In this document: positions 1-12,968 of the stretch, piece by piece
How the letters are laid out: the number at the start of each line of letters is the position of its first letter
How positions within the stretch are numbered: the stretch's first letter is position 1
Assembly: GCF_006345805.1 (NCBI RefSeq)
Contig: NC_043012.1
Location: 27,218,001-27,282,000 of the forward strand
Direction: 5' to 3'
Source of the DNA: Octopus sinensis
Lineage: Eukaryota
DNA length: 64,000 bases
Program-made: the position numbers and the translations under genes
Notes under the pieces: model-generated
What the model saw: only the letters and a program-made list of their open reading frames with translations
Told to the model about the DNA's origin: nothing
The model's database searches: none

Positions 1-429
1 CTTTCAATGCACCATTTCAGAAAGTGAATTCTAAGTGTGGTGTTGTGCATCAATTTCAGAGACAGTTTACTATTTATCCTTAGTATTGTGTTTAAAAGAA
101 ATGCTTAATATTTCATTTATAAGTGGGTAACAAACAAGGAATAATGAACCAGAAAATCTTCTTAAAAAAAGTTATGTACTGAAACTTAAATGGGCTGGTG
201 TTATATTGGATCATCAATATTGGCAAGATTGTCTTAATAGAGTCAGAGCCCCTTCTGTTCCAAGCAAGTTTAGCTATATTTTCAAGTGGTTACACTCATG
301 GATAACCAGCCTTCATGTATCACTGTAGAGGCCATATTACTAAAATTAATAATCTCTGTTGTTTTACTAGAGAGGAAATGATGAAGAGCAAAAGAACAGA
401 AAAGAGCAGGAAAATGAACTAAAAAAAAA

Positions 430-860
430 AAGTATTACAACTCTCTTTCTGTCATGACTCACTCAGAATTCTTCAACACCCTCATCTATTACATTTACTG
501 TCTATTTGCCCTCATACTTCCATCCACACATAATGAAGGACAGTCCTTTAATCCCTACACAATCCACCTTATCACCTTTCTACACTATCCTCTCATTTTT
601 TTAATAACCTCTGATACTAATCTCTTCCTTTTCCTTTGTTCCCTGTCATTCTCCCTATCCCAGTTAGTGCCTATTCTGCTACTCTCTCCACAAGTGCTGG
701 TGCCTTGCAAAAGGTAACCATGACACTCTGTAAAGTGGTTGGCATTAAGGACATCTAGTTGTAGAAACCATGTCAAAACAGTGGGGCATGTCACTTATCA
801 GATCCTGTCGAACCGTCAAATCCATACTAGCATGGTAGATGTTCAATATATGATGGTGAT
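430..860 (+). mobile_element. RTE-type LINE/SINE 3' UTR remnant (pyrimidine-rich body, conserved tail)
   Basis: Ends in the tail shared by many copies here (gtggttggcattaagga-catctagttgtagaaacc ... gatgatggtgatgat); boundaries approximate. Confidence 0.55.
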
Positions 861-1559
861 GATAATGTTTTTACTTGTGAAGAGATTGTAAAAATTGGTA
901 GATTTGTAGAAAAGATTTAATGTAAGTAGTCATTTGTGATGAAAATGTTATGAATGCATGGTTGTTAATTAATTGCATAGCAATAACTAGAAAACAGATA
1001 CACTCAAAACATGATAATGGAAAAGATGTTGGTAATAAATTGAATGCAATTAGTGACATGGACATACAAACATAACAAAGAAACTGTTTTGCAATTTTTT
1101 CATTATGAAATTTCAAGTAAGCTGAATTAATCTCATCAGAAATCAGTGTATCCAGGATAGACTAATTTCATCAACACATGTAGGAACAAAGTTAACTGCT
1201 CCCTTTCTTCCACATACAAATTAGCTTGCTGAGCAATTACAACTCAATGGAAAAAGTTGAAAAAACATTCAACAGGTTTCATGTCAAAACCTAAAGATAT
1301 TTTTGGTCCAAGCCACTTGATAAAAAATCAAACAAATCAAAGTCAGGTAGTTTGTATGTGCATAGAAGGAATACATAAATTGCTCTGGTTATCATCTCCA
1401 AAACCTTATCTGCTATTAATTCATTGATTAAATCATCAAACATATTGTCACTCAAAGAATGATTGGTGACTCATTTTTTGAAGAAACTATTTGAAACAAA
1501 ATTCCCAAAACAAGAGGCCATAAACATTACTAATGTAAATAATAAGTTACAAGAGGTAA

Positions 1560-2395
1560 ATATATATGAGAGAAGAGATCAAAGTTTTCTTTAGTCCCAC
1601 ATACCATGTAGTACAGCTATTTATATATAAGCATTACACAACCTGCCATTCACTGAGAGAGAGACCTTTTGTTAAGAGAATAGTTGTATGAAATTTCTCC
1701 ATCCTGTTCTTAGTTTAACAACTATACTTTCAGAACATCCTCTTCCACTGCTAATTAGGCCATGATAAGAGAAATTATCTACTACCTCCAAAGACCCTCC
1801 GGGGCATTTGAGAAAATCTATTTCTCATGTATTATTAGTTTTTACTGCTCCTGCACACCTATCACACAGAATCTACTTTCTCCATTAATCTTCCTGTGAT
1901 TCCATTGCATGCTTTGTATGCATCCCCAGTTTCTACCTTCATCTTTTCTAAATAGAGAGCAGGGTCATTTTCCTGAAAGGAGTAGAGTCCTGTCTGTTTT
2001 TCTGCTTAATAGAACTGTGTTTTTCTGCTTTAAGTCACCAGCATATAGCAGTTCCCATGGACAACCAATCTTAAACATCTCTGTTATGGCCTGATGCATT
2101 ATGATGACTAGGAGAATACTTAGAACTGAACCCTGGTGAACACTAAATTAGTTACTATACTTATCACTAACTCTTACCTTACTGACAGCACCCCTACATA
2201 GCTTGCATGGCTCTCATCAGCAACCCCCTGACCACAGAACAAGGAACTCGTCAAAAGCCTTGTCTAGGTCAAGAAGTGCCAAATATAATGGGTTACTTTT
2301 AGCTAAATTCTTCTCATGTATTTGCCTTAATAGTAAGATGGCATCAGTAGTACTTCTTGATGGCACAAAACCAAACTGCATCATCATTATCATTT
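1560..2395 (-). mobile_element. Degenerate RTE LINE reverse-transcriptase fragment
   Basis: Minus-strand remnants of RT motifs (FGFVPSRSTTDAI, LAFIDLDKAFDEF, KIEVVDNFSY) with stops and frameshifts. Confidence 0.7.
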
Positions 2396-4828
2396 AACAT
2401 CCGTGGTCCGTGCTGGCATGGGTTGGACAGTTTGACTGGACTGATACGCTAGAAGGCTGCGCCAGGATCCAGTCTGAGTTGGTATGGTTTTCTATGGCTG
2501 GATGCCCTTCCTAACGCTAACCACTCCTAGAGTGTAATGGGTGCTTTTATGTGCGACCAGCACAGGTGCCATTTGCGTGACACTGGTATCTGCCACAACC
2601 ATGATTTTGCTTGGCTTGATAGATCTTCTCTCAAGCACGACATAATGCTAAAGGTTTTGGTCATTGCCTCCATGAGGTCCAACACTTGAAAGGAGTCAGC
2701 CACCTCACCTCCATGAGGCCCAAAACTCAAAGGGAACTCAGCCACTTTGCCTCCATGAGGTCCAACACTCGAAAGGAACTCAGTCACTTTGCCTCCATCA
2801 GACCCAATGCTCAAAAGGTATTCAGCCATTTTGCCTCCATGAAGCCCGACATTCAAAGGTTGATTTGCATTTTACGTGCCACCAGCACATGTGCACTTGG
2901 CATGACAGGTCCACTTAAGCAGAGCACATCGCCAAAGGTCTCGGTCACTAGGCATTGCCTCTGTGAGGTTCAAAGTTCGAAGGTCATGCTTCACTGCCTC
3001 ATCCAATGTCTTCTTGGGTCTACCACTATTACAGATCCCCTCCGCAGTTAGAGATTGGCACTTCTTTACACAACTGTCCTTGTCCATATGCATCACATGA
3101 CTATACCAGTGCAGTAATCTCTCTTCCACACCACATCTGATTCTTCTTATGCCAAACTTTTCTCTCAAGATGCTTACACTCTGTCAAACATGCACACTGC
3201 CATTGCACATCCAGTGAAGCATACTGGCTTCATTTCTCTCAAGCCTACATATGTCCTCGGGATCTGTGATTTGTCTGCCTTCCTACTTACTATGACTTCA
3301 GTTTTTGCTAGGTTAACTCTAAGGCCGTTTGATTCTAGACCTTGTTTCCATACCTGGAACTTCTCTAACTATAAGAGCAAGGTCATCAACATAGAGGAGC
3401 TCCTAGGGGCAGCCTGTCTTGAATTCCTCAGTTATTCCCAGGTGGACTATGATAAAAAAGAGGGGACTGAGCATCGATCCTTGGTGAACCCCTACTTGTA
3501 ACCTGAATTCTTCGCTGTACTTGTTGCCAACCCTCACCTTACAGGTAGTAGCTTGTACAACTCTCATCAACCACTCGTCTATCCTAGTTTCCTCATTGAC
3601 CACCAGATAACAGATTGAGGTCTCTCAAAAGCTTCCTCCAAGTCATCAAAAGCTAAGTACAGAGGTTTATCTTTGGCTAGGTATTTCTCCTGAAGTTGCC
3701 TTACCAGAAATATAGCATCAGTGGTGCTTCTCCTTGGCACAAAACCAAACTGCATCTCATCTAGACTAATTCTCCCACTAATTGGTTGGGCTATGACTCT
3801 CTCCATAACCCACATCACCTGACCCAACAATTTGATACCTCTGTAATTATTTCTATCTAAGGTATCACCTTTACCTTTGCAGCAGCTGACTATGGTGGTA
3901 CTACACCAGTCATTGGGTATGACTCCTTCACGACCCACCTGATTTACAATATGGGTGACAAGACAACCTACACTGCCAGATATTTTAAGCAACTCAGCAA
4001 TGATTCCTGATGGGCCAGGGGCTTTCCCTGCCTTCATATCCTTAATTGCTTTATCTACCAAGGCACTGTCAAGTCAGATAGCTGATCCCTCAGTTGGGTC
4101 AACATTTGGCAGACTCTCCTCCTCCCATTCATTCTCCACATTCAGCAGTCTTTCATAATGGCATCTCCAAGCCTCTTTCTTTGCAGATTCATTAAAAGCA
4201 AGTGCACCATCATCCATGCAGACACATTTCTCTCCTATGACATCACAATTTTCTCTCATACACTATCTTGCAATCTGAATAGAGGCAAACTTCTTTTGTG
4301 TTTCTCCCTTGGCCCTGAATATAAGCAAACATCGTTTCTGCTTCTCCCTTGGCTAGATATACTTGTCCCCTAGCTTCCCTTCTGGCTATCTGATTCAGTT
4401 CCCTGCTGCTCCGACTCTTCCAGGCCTGTTTCTTTGTTCTAATGGTCCTATCTACGGTATTGTTCCACCACCACATTACCCTGGGTCTGGAAGGGACTTT
4501 GCACCAGTCACTTATTTGGTCTGTGGTACTCAGCAAGCTGTCTCACAGGAATTACCAGTTGCCCTCTGTGTCACAAGTTTGTAGTTCTTCCTCCTTCTCA
4601 TCAAATTTCTCAATTAGAATGTCTCTAAATCTCTAACCATATGAAGGGTTCTTAAGCTTTCAGATCCTTCTTTTCCAGATTGGTTTGCTTCTTGGCATTG
4701 TTCTGGCCTGAAGTCTAAAGTCATTAACAACTAGTCTATGTTATGGGGTACATTCTTCACCAGGGAGAGTCTTTGCATTTAAGAGCAACCATGCATCCTG
4801 CTATCTGGTGAGAATGAAATCTATCTGG

Positions 4829-4952
4829 AGTAAAGATTGTTTGCCAACATAGCATGACAGTCCTGGTTTAGGACCGCCATGTTATGTTGACAAACAATCT
4901 TTACTCCAAAGTACTGTTGCTGAATATCTCTCATTGTGAGATTTTAAAATAG
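4829..4952. other. 124-bp hairpin-containing insertion flanked by a 14-bp direct duplication
   Basis: tgaaatctatctgg at 4815-4828 and 4953-4966; inverted arms about 4826-4856 and 4878-4908. Confidence 0.8.
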
Positions 4953-5438
4953 TGAAATCTATCTGGCTAGCAGAGTTACGTGATTGATAGGTTATCAGGT
5001 GACTGGCTGGCTTGCTTTCTGACATTGGCATTTCAGATAAAAAGGTTATTCGCATCACAGAACTCCAGTAGCCTTGTTCTCACTTTTTTTCAGGCACCAA
5101 TTCCATGGCCCCTATGAACACCATGGTAGATACTGGGTTGCTGTCTGACATGCCCATTGAAATCCCCCAGCAACAAAGATGAGATCACTATCACTACTCT
5201 TGGCGGTAGCCTGTAGAAGAATATCATAAAAGTGGTCCTTCTGTCCATTTTGTAGGCCAGCCTGTGGGGTGTAGGCAGATATATTTGCAGCTATACTATT
5301 CTGCAAGACTAGCCTGAACTTAAGTACCTTATTGCATACTCTAACTACCTCTATGACCTTGTCCACTCATTTCTCAGCTAGGAGTATGCCCACAGCACCT
5401 ACTCCATCACTGTTACCTTTCCAGAAGATTTTATACCT

Positions 5439-5668
5439 ATTTCTTTATTACCCACAAGGGGCTAAACATAGAGGGGGCAAACAAGGACAGACATAGGTAT
5501 TAAGTCGATTACATCGACCCCAGTGCTTAACTGGTACTTAATTTATCGACCCCGAAAGGATGAAAGGCAAAGTCGACCTCGGCGGAATTTGAACTCACAA
5601 CGTAGCAGCAGACGAAATACCGCAAAGCATTTCGCCCGGCGTGCTAACGTTTGTGACAGCTCACCGCC
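5439..5668 (-). mobile_element. tRNA-derived SINE (Nin-domain-like family) inserted in the RTE
   Basis: Family core gtcgactttgcctttcatcctttcggggtcgataaattaagtacc on minus; 20-bp TSD ttccagaagattttatacct at 5419-5438 and 5669-5688. Confidence 0.9.
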
Positions 5669-5894
5669 TTCCAGAAGATTTTATACCTTGCCTGTGAAGA
5701 ACCTGGCTGAAGCTCCTCTCCACCTAACCTCTTGGATGCAACATACATCAACATGCCTCCTTTCAAGCATCTCAACAATCTCGTTAGATCTACATTTCAG
5801 TGTGCCTACTCTGAAAACTGGGAGGGAACACGGGAAGGAGAGATGTTATTCAGCACCTGAAAAGAAAGTTCTAATATTTTAATGTTAAATAAGG

Positions 5895-6110
5895 TAGCTA
5901 ATTGGCAGAATCATTAGCATACTGTACAAAATGCTTAGCAGTATTTCATCTGTCTTTATGTTCTGAGTTCAAATTCTACTGAGGTTGACTATGCCTTTCA
6001 TCCTTTTGGTGTTGATAAATTAAGTATCAGTTGGACACCGAGGTCAATGTAATCAATTTAACCCCTCCCCTGAAATTGCTGGCCTTGTACTAAAATTTGA
6101 AGCCAATATT
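5895..6110 (+). mobile_element. Older copy of the same SINE family
   Basis: ggcagaatcattagca ... ctgagttcaaattc ... tgcctttcatccttttggtgttgataaattaagt. Confidence 0.75.
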
Positions 6111-7220
6111 TTAAAGTTAAATAGAATGCTTAATATGCCAGTGTATGATTTGTGTTTAACTCTTTAAGTTCAATACCATAGATATCTGCATTTGGCACCA
6201 AATTTTAAACTGTACAAAACCACAGTTCAAATAGTGTTGTTGTTTAGGGATCAAAAACTGGAACTAAGCACTTTTCTGTGTGAAAAACAAAGTTTAGCTT
6301 CATTTTAGAGAACCTTCCAGTCAAAAGACTTCCAGTTTGCACCACATGCATTTATTTGTTTTATCAAGTAGATTTCTCTGAATTTGCTTTTCCTTTAATT
6401 TTCATGTGTAATGGCAGTGAGTTTGAAATTGGTAATATTATTTATTATGATCTATTTCTTCATTATCTCATTAGAAAAATGGAACCCAGGAATTAATATC
6501 TTTGCAAAATATATATGGAAACACTTCTGTGAAATCAACTTTACTGTATTCAATCTACCTTGGTAAGTGAAAAGACATGATACAACAGATAAAACAATAT
6601 TCACATGGTAAATCAGTAATCATTATATTGTATCAGAAAATTTCATCCAAACTCATGCAATGGTTATATCTTTGTTACTTTTAGAGCAAGCCAACTTCAT
6701 TTCATCAAAGTCTCTAGTTTCTAACAGGATTGAGAAACTTTTATAGCGAAAGCACCATAAGAGATTGAAAACTAATAGAGCAAGCATATATTTTGTAAAA
6801 TAGTCCTAAGCTGTGGACAGAGTTGATTATTAAAATGTTTAAATGGAACAACAGTGGTACCTACCAAAGTAAGACATATTTCAGATATAATCTTTTGATT
6901 CATGTATATTTAATAAAATATGAAAAATTTAGCAGGAGAAACAAAGATATAGAAATGTTTAGCAAAGCATTAAAAGTGCTAACATACCAGTTATGTTTAG
7001 TAGAACAGAGTTTCAGTGAAAATATAAAGGAAAAGAGAAAAAATGTGATAAAATCATATGATGCAAAATTTCTAAGTTTGAGGTACATACTCACATTAAG
7101 ATTGGTATCATTATTGGAGAAATCAACATATGATTTAAAACCCTGTAAACAACAGCAAGAAAATACATATATAAAAAAATAAATAAATACTTCAGAACAG
7201 GATTCACTTTAATGTTGTTA

Positions 7221-7239
<19 letters not shown>

Positions 7240-7260
<21 letters not shown>

Positions 7261-8165
7261 GAAGGTGGTGAGCTAACAGAATCGTTAGCATTCTGGACAA
7301 AATGCTTAGTGGTATTTTGCCCGTCACTACGTTCTGAATTCAAATTCTGCCAAGGTTGACCTTGTCTTTCTTCCTTTTGGGATTGATAAAATAAGTACCA
7401 GTGAAACACTGAGGTTGATGTAATCGACTAGTCCCCTCTCCCTAATTTCAGGCCTAGTGCCTATAGTAGAAAGGATTATTATTATTATGGCTAAGGTAGC
7501 AAGCTGGCAGAATCATTAGCGCACTGGGTGAAATGCTTAGCTGTATTTCGCCCATTGCTATGTTCTGAGTTCAAATTCCGCTGAGGTCAACTTTGCCTTT
7601 CATCCTTTCAGGATCAATTAAATAAGTACCAGTTACACACTGGAGTTGATGAAATCGACTTAATCCCCCTAACCTCAAGCTGCCCTTGAGGCAAAAATTT
7701 AAAATCATCATTATTATTATGGCTAAGGTGATGAGCTGGCAGAATCATTAGCATGCCAGACAAAATACTTAGCTTGGCAGAACTGATAGCACACCGGGCG
7801 AAATGCTCAGCGGTATTTCGTCTCTTGTTACATTCTGAGTTCAAATTCCGCCGAGGTCGACTTTGCCTTTCATCCTTTCGGGGTCGATTAAATAAGTACC
7901 AGTTATGCACTGGGGTCGATATAATCGACTTAATCCGTTTGTCTGTCCTTGTTTGTCCCCTTGTGGGTAATAAAGAAATAAGTATTTCATCTGTCTTTAG
8001 ATTTTGAGTTCAAATTCTGCTGAGTTCGACTTTTCCTTTCATCCTTTCGGGGTTGATGTTATAGGCACCAGCTGAGAACTGGGATTGAAATAATTGATGA
8101 GATCCCTCCCCTAAAAAATTTCAGGTCTTGTGCCTATAACAGAAAGAATTATTAAAATGGCTCTT
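7240..8165 (+). mobile_element. Tandem and nested cluster of 5-6 copies of the Nin-like SINE
   Basis: Repeated head gctggcagaatc(g/a)ttagc near 7271, 7502 and 7736; young nested copy about 7772-7980; (ATT)n tails between copies. Confidence 0.85.
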
Positions 8166-8265
8166 NNNNNNNNNNNNNNNNNNNNNNNNNNNNNNNNNNN
8201 NNNNNNNNNNNNNNNNNNNNNNNNNNNNNNNNNNNNNNNNNNNNNNNNNNNNNNNNNNNNNNNNN
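8166..8265. other. Assembly gap (100 N)
   Basis: Run of N. Confidence 1.
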
Positions 8266-9509
8266 ATATACATATATATATACATATATATATACATATA
8301 TATATACATATATATATAAATATATATACATACATATACATACATATACATACATATATATACATATATATAACAGTACATTATATATACTATATATATA
8401 TACATATATTATTACAGTATCTATATATAATATATATATATACATATGATTTATACATATATATATATACATATCTATATAGACATATATATAATACATA
8501 TATATATATACATATATATATATACATTATATATTATACATATATATATATACATATATTATATATACATAATATATACATTATATTATATTTATACATA
8601 TATATATATACATATATATCTATACATATATATATTACATATATATATATACATATATATATATACCATATAATATAATATATATATAATAACCATATAG
8701 ATTATATATATATATACATATATATATATACATATATATATACATATATATATATACATATATATATATACAATATATATATACAGATATATATATCTAC
8801 ATATATATATATAACATATATATAGATTATACATATATATAGATATACAATATATATTACATATATACATATACAATATAATATCCATATATATATATAC
8901 ATATATACATAAACATATATACATATACATATATACATATATATATATACATATATATATACTACATATATATATACACATATATATACACATATATATC
9001 ACATATATATATACACATATATATATACACAATATATATATACAACATATATATATACAATATATATATACATAATATATTATACATAATATATATACAT
9101 ATATATATAACATATTATATATATATATACAACATACATATATACATACATATATACATCATTACATATATATATATACATATATATATATACATATATA
9201 TATATACATATATATATATAACATATATATATATACAATATATATATAGACTATATAATAACATATAATTATAATAATATATACATATATATATTCTATA
9301 TATTACATACATATAATACATACATATATATAAATATATACATAATATAAATAATATTACATATATATAAATATATACATATATATAAATATATACATAT
9401 ATACATATATACATATATATAAATATATACATATATACATATATATACATATATACACATATATACATATATATACATATATATATATACATATATATAC
9501 ATACATATA
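8266..9509. repeat. Degenerate (TA)n/(TACATA)n low-complexity tract
   Basis: Almost only TA, CA and TACA units for about 1.25 kb; the I/Y/H-rich ORFs here are artefacts. Confidence 0.97.
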
Positions 9510-9522
9510 CAGTTAAATGATC

Positions 9523-9753
9523 TCAGAACATTTCTTTGTGATTCAAAGGTTTTTGGAGGGGGAGTGATCGAGTTGTTGAAGTTAAAGCTTGTGATATAAC
9601 AACTAACTGTTGGTTTAAACATTCGCTGCGTTCAAATGCAATCTCTTCGTTACCATGTGTGTTGTTTACCCCATCACGCACACTTTTTAAAAGAAATTTC
9701 TTCCAGTTCCTGTTTTTCAACAGAGCTTGCGATCTTGTCATCCTGTCTCCCGC
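9523..9753 (-). CDS. Candidate second coding exon of an unrecognised gene ([28 protein letters not shown]...)
   Basis: Strong acceptor (long T run + AG at 9755-9754); open in phase 0, matching the donor at 11370; runs to a stop at 9523 but may end earlier at internal GT donors; no homology recognised. Confidence 0.35.
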   Translation of the reverse strand, partial: AGDRMTRSQALLKNRNWKKFLLKSVRDGVNNTHGNEEIAFERSECLNQQLVVISQALTSTTRSLPLQKPLNHKEMF

Positions 9754-12600
9754 CTAAAAAAAAAAAAAAGCCAGCTGTTCAAATTTTTCATTTTTCTCCT
9801 TCATTGCTTATAATTTTCCACTTTAATTTTGAGGTCATAAACCGAAAACAAATGAGGCAATCTGCTTGAAATGCTCAAATGAAAATAGGTGGTATCGTTT
9901 AAAAATCGGTTTTTACAATCAGTTTAATTGACTTCGTAGAAATCCATTCAAAACAAGCATTAAAAACAATTCAGTCGAGTTAACGCCTCTATGTAGTCGC
10001 TCAACTTTCTAAAAATAACTTCCAAACTACACCCTATTTTACTGTCTTTGAAAAATGGTGAAAATTTGAGTAAACTATTCCTGAAGAAAAGACTGATGTC
10101 CAAAGCTGAAATGGCTCTGATCATATCGGTGAACTACAACAATACGCGGTAACATCAGCTGTTTTTGTCTTTATTGCATGATTATAAAAGTAGTTTGGAT
10201 ATGGCGATTCATATTACGGCCATAAACTCAAAAGAAAACAAACAAAACCAGAATAGCAAAATACAAACACGAGTATCATTAAATTTTCTAAAGAAACAAC
10301 AAAGTGTCAAATGTATATATTTAATAATGTTTTATAAGTATAAAATATATATTTAACGGGAAAGAGTTGTTTCATACAATACCATTTTCTTGAATAAGCA
10401 GCGTAACATCCTGCATGTCGATCACAAAAAGAATCTGGTGGAGTATATTGTATCAAACAATATTATCCTTGTTAAATATCTACTTCATTTTTGAAAAAGT
10501 TAACGCATTCGAAGTACTATAGTTTGTTCATTTAGTAAATTTAATGACGTTTATGTTAATCTGGTTTGTATTATTTTGTGTTTACGGTTTTAATATGAAG
10601 AATCGTCTTGGCTATTAATAACATAATTTGAAAATTGGGATAAAAGAATAGTTTTAATGCTTTCCAGATTATTCAATTGTTATGCTTCAGATTTAAGACG
10701 AAAAGAAAAGGAAAATACTTATTTTAAACTGGGCAAATAATTCAACACCATTATAAATTAAGGACAGAAGGCTGTACTTTTTGGTATGTTACTGATTAAT
10801 CAGAGAAGTAAAGAAACTACAGTAAGATACAAGGAAACAAAACCCGAAGTATGCCCTCACAATAATATGTGAAAAGTAAACAGAAACCTGACGAGAACAT
10901 TCTAATACTTTCAGGTGGTTTTATATAATAACTACAGAAGTATAAGGTCAAAATTCCAACATTTCCAAAACTAGTTTGTGTACGGAAACGTAAAGCTGAG
11001 GGTGGGATGATGAGTAATAAACTCATAAATAATAATAAGGTACAAAGACCAACTTGTTTAAAACCATTTGACAAACCTGTAATTGTGATGGTTGGTAATT
11101 GACTTAAAATAAAAGATATTCATTATCATATGAACATTTCAACAATTTACAAAAAAACTTTTCTTAATGAGGCGCCACTTCATTATCTGTGTAATAAATA
11201 CGCTAGCGGGGAAGAAGTGAGGACGCGAAAATAAAATAATCTGGCAAAAAAAAGAAAAATCTCTCAATTATGGTGAGTTTAACCTAAATTGATGTTATAA
11301 GTACAACTTTTTAACATTGACAAAAGTCATAAACACATGAGACAATGGTTATAAATGTGGTTTAACTTACGTTCGGAGGTTTATCATTGCCATTAATAAA
11401 GCTCGTAAATGAACTTTTCGGGTGAAAGTTGCCCAGAAACGGGGTCTGCTTCGCCATGTCCCGACGCCTTTAACAAGTGTAATGACATCCAGAATAGGAG
11501 AGGTTCAGACAAGGGAGGTAATTCCCGTTGACCTATACGTTATTTTCAGTGCAAACCTTAGCGAGATGTTAACCACGTCTATGGAAGCAAATGCATATTG
11601 AACGAGGATTTTTCTAGAGAGTGATTATTAGAAGTTGGCAGAATTAGTAGAATGCTTCATCTAGTTATATTTCTTTAAGGTCTGTTTTCAAATTCTATCT
11701 CGGGAACGGTGTATTGGCAGAACTGTTAAAGCGTCGGACAAAGTAGTCATGTTATCAATTGCATTCTGAGTTCAAACTCTGCTAAAGTTAACTTTGCTTT
11801 GTAGTAACCAAGTGAAACTTTAGTTGCACTGTTTCCCATCAGTTTATTGGAAGAATGAGAGAGCAATAATATTTCGCTTTCGCCAACAATTGGTTTTCTT
11901 TGTTACAGCAAAATTTCCGTTCACACTACCACTCGTGACCCAAAATAACTTATTTCAAGAAAATATGCATTGCAACTTCTACAGCATGTGAAATAGAAAC
12001 TTATGAATGTCATAATTGAAAATAGCTACTGTACCATTCGAACCTCTGTTTTACAAATTTCTGGAAGTAAACGCGCTGTTTTCTCACTATTATTGTATCG
12101 TATCGGCTGATAGAGGTGTGAATACTGATGGAACGTAGGAAATAAAAGAGAACTGTGTATAATTTATTATTTCTGTCTCTGGCGTCCTCTTTTCTACAAC
12201 TTTCCTCTTTCCAAGTTCTGGAGTCGATAAATTAAAGTATTCAGATAGATTTAAATTCGTATAATGTATCTTATATCAGATTGATTTACGATTTTATCTA
12301 TTTTCTCCCTCTCTCACAATATATGATTTTGTTTGGATTTCCATTCTTAAAAACTCATTTCTTTCTAGTTGCATATTTTCTCCGTTTTCTTTCTCCCTGT
12401 CAAATGCTACAGAAACATTTATTTGCTGCTGGACTGTGACATAAAAACGATCATCTATCATTGATTTATATACAATTACTTAGGAATTTACCTCGAATCG
12501 CAATATTTCAGATGTAAAAATAACTGGAAACACATAAACAGGATTTTCTGAGGGGTTGCTGACGTCATCTAGCAGCTAACCATTCGAGTCTTTAGTAGAT
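9600..12600. promoter_or_regulatory. CpG-retaining, repeat-poor zone, possible promoter/5' end of the minus-strand gene
   Basis: CpG visibly more frequent than in neighbouring unique DNA (qualitative, not counted); contains the candidate first exon. Confidence 0.35.
11371..11457 (-). CDS. Candidate first coding exon of an unrecognised gene (MAKQTPFLGNFHPKSSFTSFINGNDKPPN)
   Basis: ATG in gacATGG context, 29 open codons, consensus GTAAGT donor at 11370-11365; lies in non-repetitive, CpG-containing sequence. Confidence 0.55.
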
Positions 12601-12689
12601 ATTGGGTCATCCCATAAATAATACGGTTTTTTTATACTTTTATTTTTCATAATCAGGGTAAACAATGTACTTTCCTTCATTTTCTACAT

Positions 12690-12968
12690 CTTGACCGTGA
12701 CGAAAAATTATCCCAGTACTGTTCTGACCTTGTCTACAAAATTCATATTTTTGCTGTTCAAATGATTTTGAAGACTGCAGAATAAATGATAATCAGATGG
12801 AGCAATGTATGGTGATTATGGTGGGTGAGGCATCGTTTCCCATTCAAACTACTGTGGCCAAGCATTATCCTGATGGAAGAACAACTTTCATCTTGGAAGC
12901 AAAGACGGTCATTTTTCTTCCAGTACTGCTAACAGTAGATCTCCTTTGTTATCGTTTGGGTTTAAAAG
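12690..12968 (-). mobile_element. Mariner transposase fragment interrupted by the LTR element
   Basis: Colinear with the mariner at 59740-59990 up to tttgggtttaaaag, where the LTR begins. Confidence 0.7.

Larger units (their letters stand above)
2385..5870 (-). mobile_element. Degenerate RTE-clade LINE (APE endonuclease, RT, 3' UTR, (GAT)n tail)
   Basis: ORF pieces 5112-5366 (APE: ISAYTPQAG), 3579-4061 (KAPGPSG, NYRGIKLL, FGFVPRRSTTDAIF), 3403-3603, 2872-3168 (GRPKKT); (cat)n tail near 2385-2395; interrupted by a SINE and a 124-bp insertion. Confidence 0.9.

Noticed and set aside
1290-1470. Open minus-strand frame DNMFDDLINELIADKVLEMITRAIYVFLL... as an exon or piggyBac remnant
   Set aside because: Bounded by stops, no convincing phase-compatible splice sites, no motif I could confirm.
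6823-7182. 119-aa plus-strand ORF
   Set aside because: AT-rich, weak start, no recognisable motif or splice signals.
8111-9492. Long I/Y/H/C-rich ORFs
   Set aside because: Translations of the (TA)n tract and the N gap.
10817-11074. 85-aa minus-strand ORF with an acceptor at about 11077 as exon 2 of the candidate gene
   Set aside because: Open only in phase 1, while the upstream donor is phase 0; the phase 0 reading hits a stop.
11270-11278. Plus-strand ATG|GTGAGT as a first exon of a divergent or overlapping gene
   Set aside because: Every nearby acceptor I tried gives an early stop; unsupported without RNA data.
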